Source of the DNA: the human T2T-CHM13v2.0 reference genome, Homo sapiens
Direction: 5' to 3' (one strand)
Length of the DNA stretch: 64,000 nt
Assembly: GCF_009914755.1 (NCBI RefSeq)
Contig: NC_060937.1
Part shown: piece by piece, positions 61,001 to 64,000 of the stretch
Layout: every line of letters begins with the position of its first letter
How positions within the stretch are numbered: position 1 is the stretch's first letter
Notes under the pieces: generated by a model
What the model was told of the DNA's origin: nothing
The model's input: the letters and a program-made list of their open reading frames with translations, nothing else
Databases searched by the model: none
Program-made: the position numbers and the translations under genes

Positions 61001-64000
61001 ATACTGTACATTAAGTACCAAAGTACCCCAAATATATATTTTATACTGTACATGAAATATCAAAGTTCACAAACTATATATTATATACTGTACATAAAAT
61101 ATCAAAGTACCCGAGGTATATATTCTATACTGTACAAAAAATATCAAAGTACCAAAAGCATGTATTATATACTGTACCTAAAATATGAAAGTACATCAAA
61201 TATATATTTTATTTTGTACATAAAATATCAAAGTACACCAGATATATATTCTATAGTGTACATAAAATATCAAAGTACCCAAACTATACATTATATACTG
61301 TACATAAAATATGAAATTACATCAAATATATATTAGGTACATAAAATATGAAAGTACATCAAATATAGATTATATACTGTACAAAAAATATCAAGGTACC
61401 CCAAATATATATTATATACTGTACATGAAATATCAAAGTTCACAAACTATATATTATATACTGTACATAAAATATCAAAGTACCCAAGGTATATATTCTA
61501 TACTGTACAAAAGATATCAAAGTACCCAAAGCATGTATTATATACTGTACATAAAATATGAAAGTACATCAAATATATATTTTATTCTGTACATAAAATA
61601 TCAAAGTACACCAGATATATATTCTATAGTGTACATAAAATATCAATGTACCCAAACTATTTCTTATATACTGTACATAAAATATGAAATTACATCAAAT
61701 ATATATTATATTAGGTACATAAAACATGGAAGTACATCAAATATAGATTATATACTGCACATAATATATCAAAGTATCCCAAATATATATTATATACTCT
61801 ACATGAAATATCAAAGTTCACAAACTATATATTATATACTGTACATAAAATATCAAAGTACCCAAGGTATATATTCTATACTGCACAAAAAAATCAAAGT
61901 ACCCAAAGCATGTATTATATACTGTACCTAAAATATGAAAGTACATCAAATATATATTTTATTCTGTACATAAAATATCAAAGTACACCAGATATATATT
62001 CTATAGTGTACATAAAATATCAAATTACCCAAACTATACATTATATACTGTACATAAAATATGAGATTACATCAAATATATATTATATTAGGTACATAAA
62101 ATATGAAAGTACATCAAATATAGATTATATACTGTACATAAAATATCAAAGTACCCCAAATATATATTATATACTCTACAGGAAATATCAAAGTTCACAC
62201 ACTATATATTATATACTGTACATAAAATATCAAAGTACCCAAGGTATATATTCTATACTGTACAAAAAATATCAAAGTACCCAAATCATGTATTATATTC
62301 TGTATATAAAATATGAAAGTACATCAAATATATATTTTATTCTGTACATAAAATATCAAATTACACCAGATATATATTCTATAGTGTACATAAAATAACA
62401 AAGTACACAAACTATACATTATATACTGTACATAAAATATGAAATTACCTCAAATATATATTAGGTACATAAAATATGAAAGTACATCAAATATAGATTA
62501 TATACTGTACATAAAATATCAAAGTACCCCAAATATATATTATATACTCTACATGAAATATCAAAGTTCAGAAACTATGTATTATATACTGTACATAAAA
62601 TATGAAAGTACCCAAGGTATATATTCTATACTGTACAAAAAATATCAAAGTACCCAAAGCATGTATTATATACTGTACATAAAATATGAAAGTACATCAA
62701 ATATATATTTTATTCTGTACATAAAATATCAAAGTACACCATATATATATTCTATAGTGTACATAAAATAACAAAGTACACAAACTATACATTATATACT
62801 GTACATAAAATATGAAATTACATCAAATATATATTAGGTACATAAAATATGAAAGTACATCAAATATAGATTATATACTGTATATAAAATATTAATGTAC
62901 CCCAAATATATATTTTATACTCTACATGAAATATCAAAGTTCACAAACCATATATTATATACTGTCCAGAAAATATCAAAGTACCCAAGGTATATATTCT
63001 ATACTATACAAAAAATATCAAAGTACGCAAAGCATGTATTATATACTGTACCTAAAATATGAAAGTGCATCAAATATATATTTTATTCTGTAAATAAAAT
63101 ATCAAAGTACACCAGATATATAATCTATAGTGTACATAATATATCAAAGTACCCAAACTATACATTATATACTGTACATAAAATATGAGATTACATCAAA
63201 TATATATTATATTAGGTACATAAAATATGAAAGTACATCAAATATAGATTATATACTGTACATAAAATATCAAAGTACCCCAAATATATATTATATACTC
63301 TACAGGAAATATCAAAGTTCACACACTATATATTATATACTGTACATAAAATATCAAAGTACCCAAGGTATATATTCTATACTGCACAAAAAAATCAAAG
63401 TACCCAAAGCATGTATTATATACTGTACCTAAAATATGAAAGTACATCAAATATATATTTTATTCTGTACATAAAATATCAAAGTACACCAGATATATAT
63501 TCTATAGTGTACATAAAATATCAAAGTACCCAAACTATACATTATATACTGTACATAAAATATGAGATTACATCAAATATATATTATATTAGGTACATAA
63601 AATATGAAAGTACATCAAATATAGATTATACACTGTACATAAAATATCAAAGTACCCCAAATATATATTATATACTCTACAGGAAATATCAAAGTTCACA
63701 CACTATATATTATATACTGTACATAAAATATCAAAGTACCCAAGGTATATATTCTATACTGTACAAAAAATATCAAAGTACCCAAAGCATGTATTATATT
63801 CTGTATATAAAATATGAAAGTACATCAAATATATATTTTATTCTGTACATAAAATATCAAATTACACCAGATATATATTCTATAGTGTACATAAAATAAC
63901 AAAGTACACAAACTATAGATTATATACTGTACATAAAATATGAAATTACATCAAATATATATTATATTAGGTACATAAAATATGAAAGTACATCAAATAT
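55020..64000 (+). repeat. Right heterogeneous HSat1A domain, related to the left domain
   Basis: The central marker module is absent after ~55 kb. Left-domain variants reappear (AAAAGATATC, ATTTCTTAT, TATGCTG, AGCACG, AACATGAA, AGGTCCAT, TATTACAAAC, CTACAGG, GAGATTAC). Confidence 0.75.
58690..60550 (+). repeat. Diverged HSat1A patch with whole-monomer deletions
   Basis: High density of private changes (GATAATTAAC, GAGATATCAAACTTC, GTAGCCC, AATTTACAAAAT, AAAAGATGAA x3, TACTTCTAGT). Monomers are skipped near 58745 and 59250. Confidence 0.7.

Larger units (their letters stand above)
1..64000 (+). repeat. Human satellite 1A (HSat1A / SAR, classical satellite I) tandem array, 42-bp monomer, single orientation (A/C-rich strand is +)
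   Basis: Every part of the window is a variant of the 42-mer ACTGTACATAAAATATCAAAGTACCCAAACTATACATTATAT. Two GTAC (RsaI) sites split it into 17-bp (ACATAAAATAT[C/G]AAAGT) and 25-bp (ACCCAAACTATACATTATATACTGT) parts, matching the described A/B subunits of satellite I. The family assignment is from recognition, not a database search. The chromosome cannot be determined from the sequence. Confidence 0.95.
1..64000 (+). repeat. 378-bp higher-order repeat of 9 distinct 42-bp monomers (with a frequent 373-bp variant)
   Basis: Nine monomer types recur in a fixed order. Their cores are AAGTACATCAAATATATATTTTATTC, AAGTACACCAGAT, AAGTACCCAAACTATACAT, AATTACATC...TTAGG, AAGTACATCAAATATAGAT, AAGTACCCCAAAT, AAGTTCACAAAC, AAGTACCCAAGGT and AAGTACCCAAAGCATG. 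The ORF translations show the same 126-aa (9x14) cycle. Confidence 0.95.

Noticed and set aside
29-63899. Over 100 plus-strand ORFs (up to 346 aa) encoding Y/I/K/S/T-rich 14-aa repeats
   Set aside because: The monomer is 42 bp (14 codons) and one frame happens to lack stops. ORFs begin and end at satellite indels and point variants, stops and frameshifts are freely amplified, and there is no recognisable domain or gene structure.
1-64000. CRISPR-like alternation of a conserved segment (TGTACATAAAATAT[C/G]AAAGTAC) and a variable segment
   Set aside because: The variable parts are homologous to each other and cycle every nine monomers. There are no unique spacers, leader or cas genes.
1-64000. 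Abundant TATA-like, AATAAA-like and short palindromic (TGTACA, GTAC) motifs
   Set aside because: These are expected in an AT-rich satellite and repeat with the monomer. There is no context supporting promoter, poly(A) or terminator function.
1-64000. Possible inversion, Alu/L1 insertion or HSat1B/alpha-satellite junction
   Set aside because: Reading through, I found no reverse-complement monomers (e.g. TTTATGTACAG) and no non-satellite sequence. A very short insertion could have been missed by eye.

Overview
The whole 64-kb window is one uninterrupted, single-orientation, very AT-rich tandem satellite array. I recognise it as human (or great-ape) satellite 1A (HSat1A/SAR, classical satellite I). 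The 42-bp monomer (e.g. ACATAAAATATCAAAGT+ACCCAAACTATACATTATATACTGT, 17+25-bp subunits) is organised into a 9-monomer, 378-bp higher-order unit. I see no genes, RNA genes, transposons or inversions. All listed ORFs are artefacts of a 42-bp (14-codon) repeat with one stop-free frame. The internal architecture is the interesting part. (1) The left domain (~1-23 kb) is a heterogeneous mosaic of 378-bp and 373-bp (5-bp deletion) units with dispersed block duplications. (2) The central domain (~23.05-55.0 kb) is highly homogeneous and probably recently expanded. It holds 17 copies of a CpG-bearing marker module followed by alternative cassettes, with periods of 1502/1505/1507/1883/1885/2247/2627 bp, and contains an 8657-bp tandem duplication. 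(3) The right domain (~55-64 kb) shares rare variants with the left domain and includes a more diverged ~1.9-kb patch. Offsets were read from the ORF track and spot-checked in the sequence. Domain boundaries are approximate.
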